Positions 45,996-46,011 of a DNA stretch of 46,011 nucleotides are shown here, piece after piece. A program made the translations under genes and the position numbers. Positions within the stretch are counted from its first letter, which is position 1; the number at the start of each line of letters is the position of its first letter. This stretch comes from Candidatus Yanofskybacteria bacterium RIFCSPHIGHO2_01_FULL_44_24 (GTDB taxonomy: Bacteria; Patescibacteriota; Minisyncoccia; 2-02-FULL-40-12; GWA2-44-9), in assembly GCA_001794215.1 (NCBI GenBank), contig MGJK01000003.1:1-46011 (forward strand), given 5' to 3'. The notes beneath the pieces are model-generated. The model saw only the letters and a program-made list of their open reading frames with translations, searched no databases and was not told where the DNA came from.

Positions 45996-46011
45996 TGATT
46001 TCCCCCCATTT

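Noticed and set aside
42654-46009. ORFs 42654-42887 and 45635-46009, and the 5' part of 42971-43354
   Set aside because: They are read through tRNA genes on either strand.

Overview
Chromosomal replication-origin region of a small-genome bacterium. Gene content and style point to Patescibacteria/CPR, probably Parcubacteria (inference). Translation uses standard code 11. Housekeeping content: cca, dut, pcrA, rsmA, jag-yidC-yidD-rnpA-rpmH / dnaA-oriC-dnaN, PBP1A, tyrS, ruvC-yebC-ruvB, pilB-like ATPase, nusA-tig, iscS, a GT4 glycosyltransferase, a 3D-domain protein and six intact tRNAs. A 14 kb co-oriented T4SS-like locus (Cys-rich surface proteins, VirB6-like, PrgI, VirB4) and a membrane-anchored Clp ATPase are also present. 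The least explained features are non-coding. (1) A family of 70-165 bp imperfect palindromes share (A)ACCC...GGGGT(T) termini; two homologous copies flank ruvC-yebC-ruvB in inverted orientation, and each supplies the -35 box of an outward sigma70 promoter. (2) Hairpins built from 7-8 nt periodic repeats sit at gene junctions, and repeats of the same type lie inside pcrA and rsmA; one set of arms encloses a four-helix-bundle (IVP/Avd-like) gene with an in-frame stop. (3) A tRNA-like gene has its anticodon and T arms replaced by palindromes. No CRISPR array, rRNA, integrase, transposase, relaxase or reverse transcriptase was seen.
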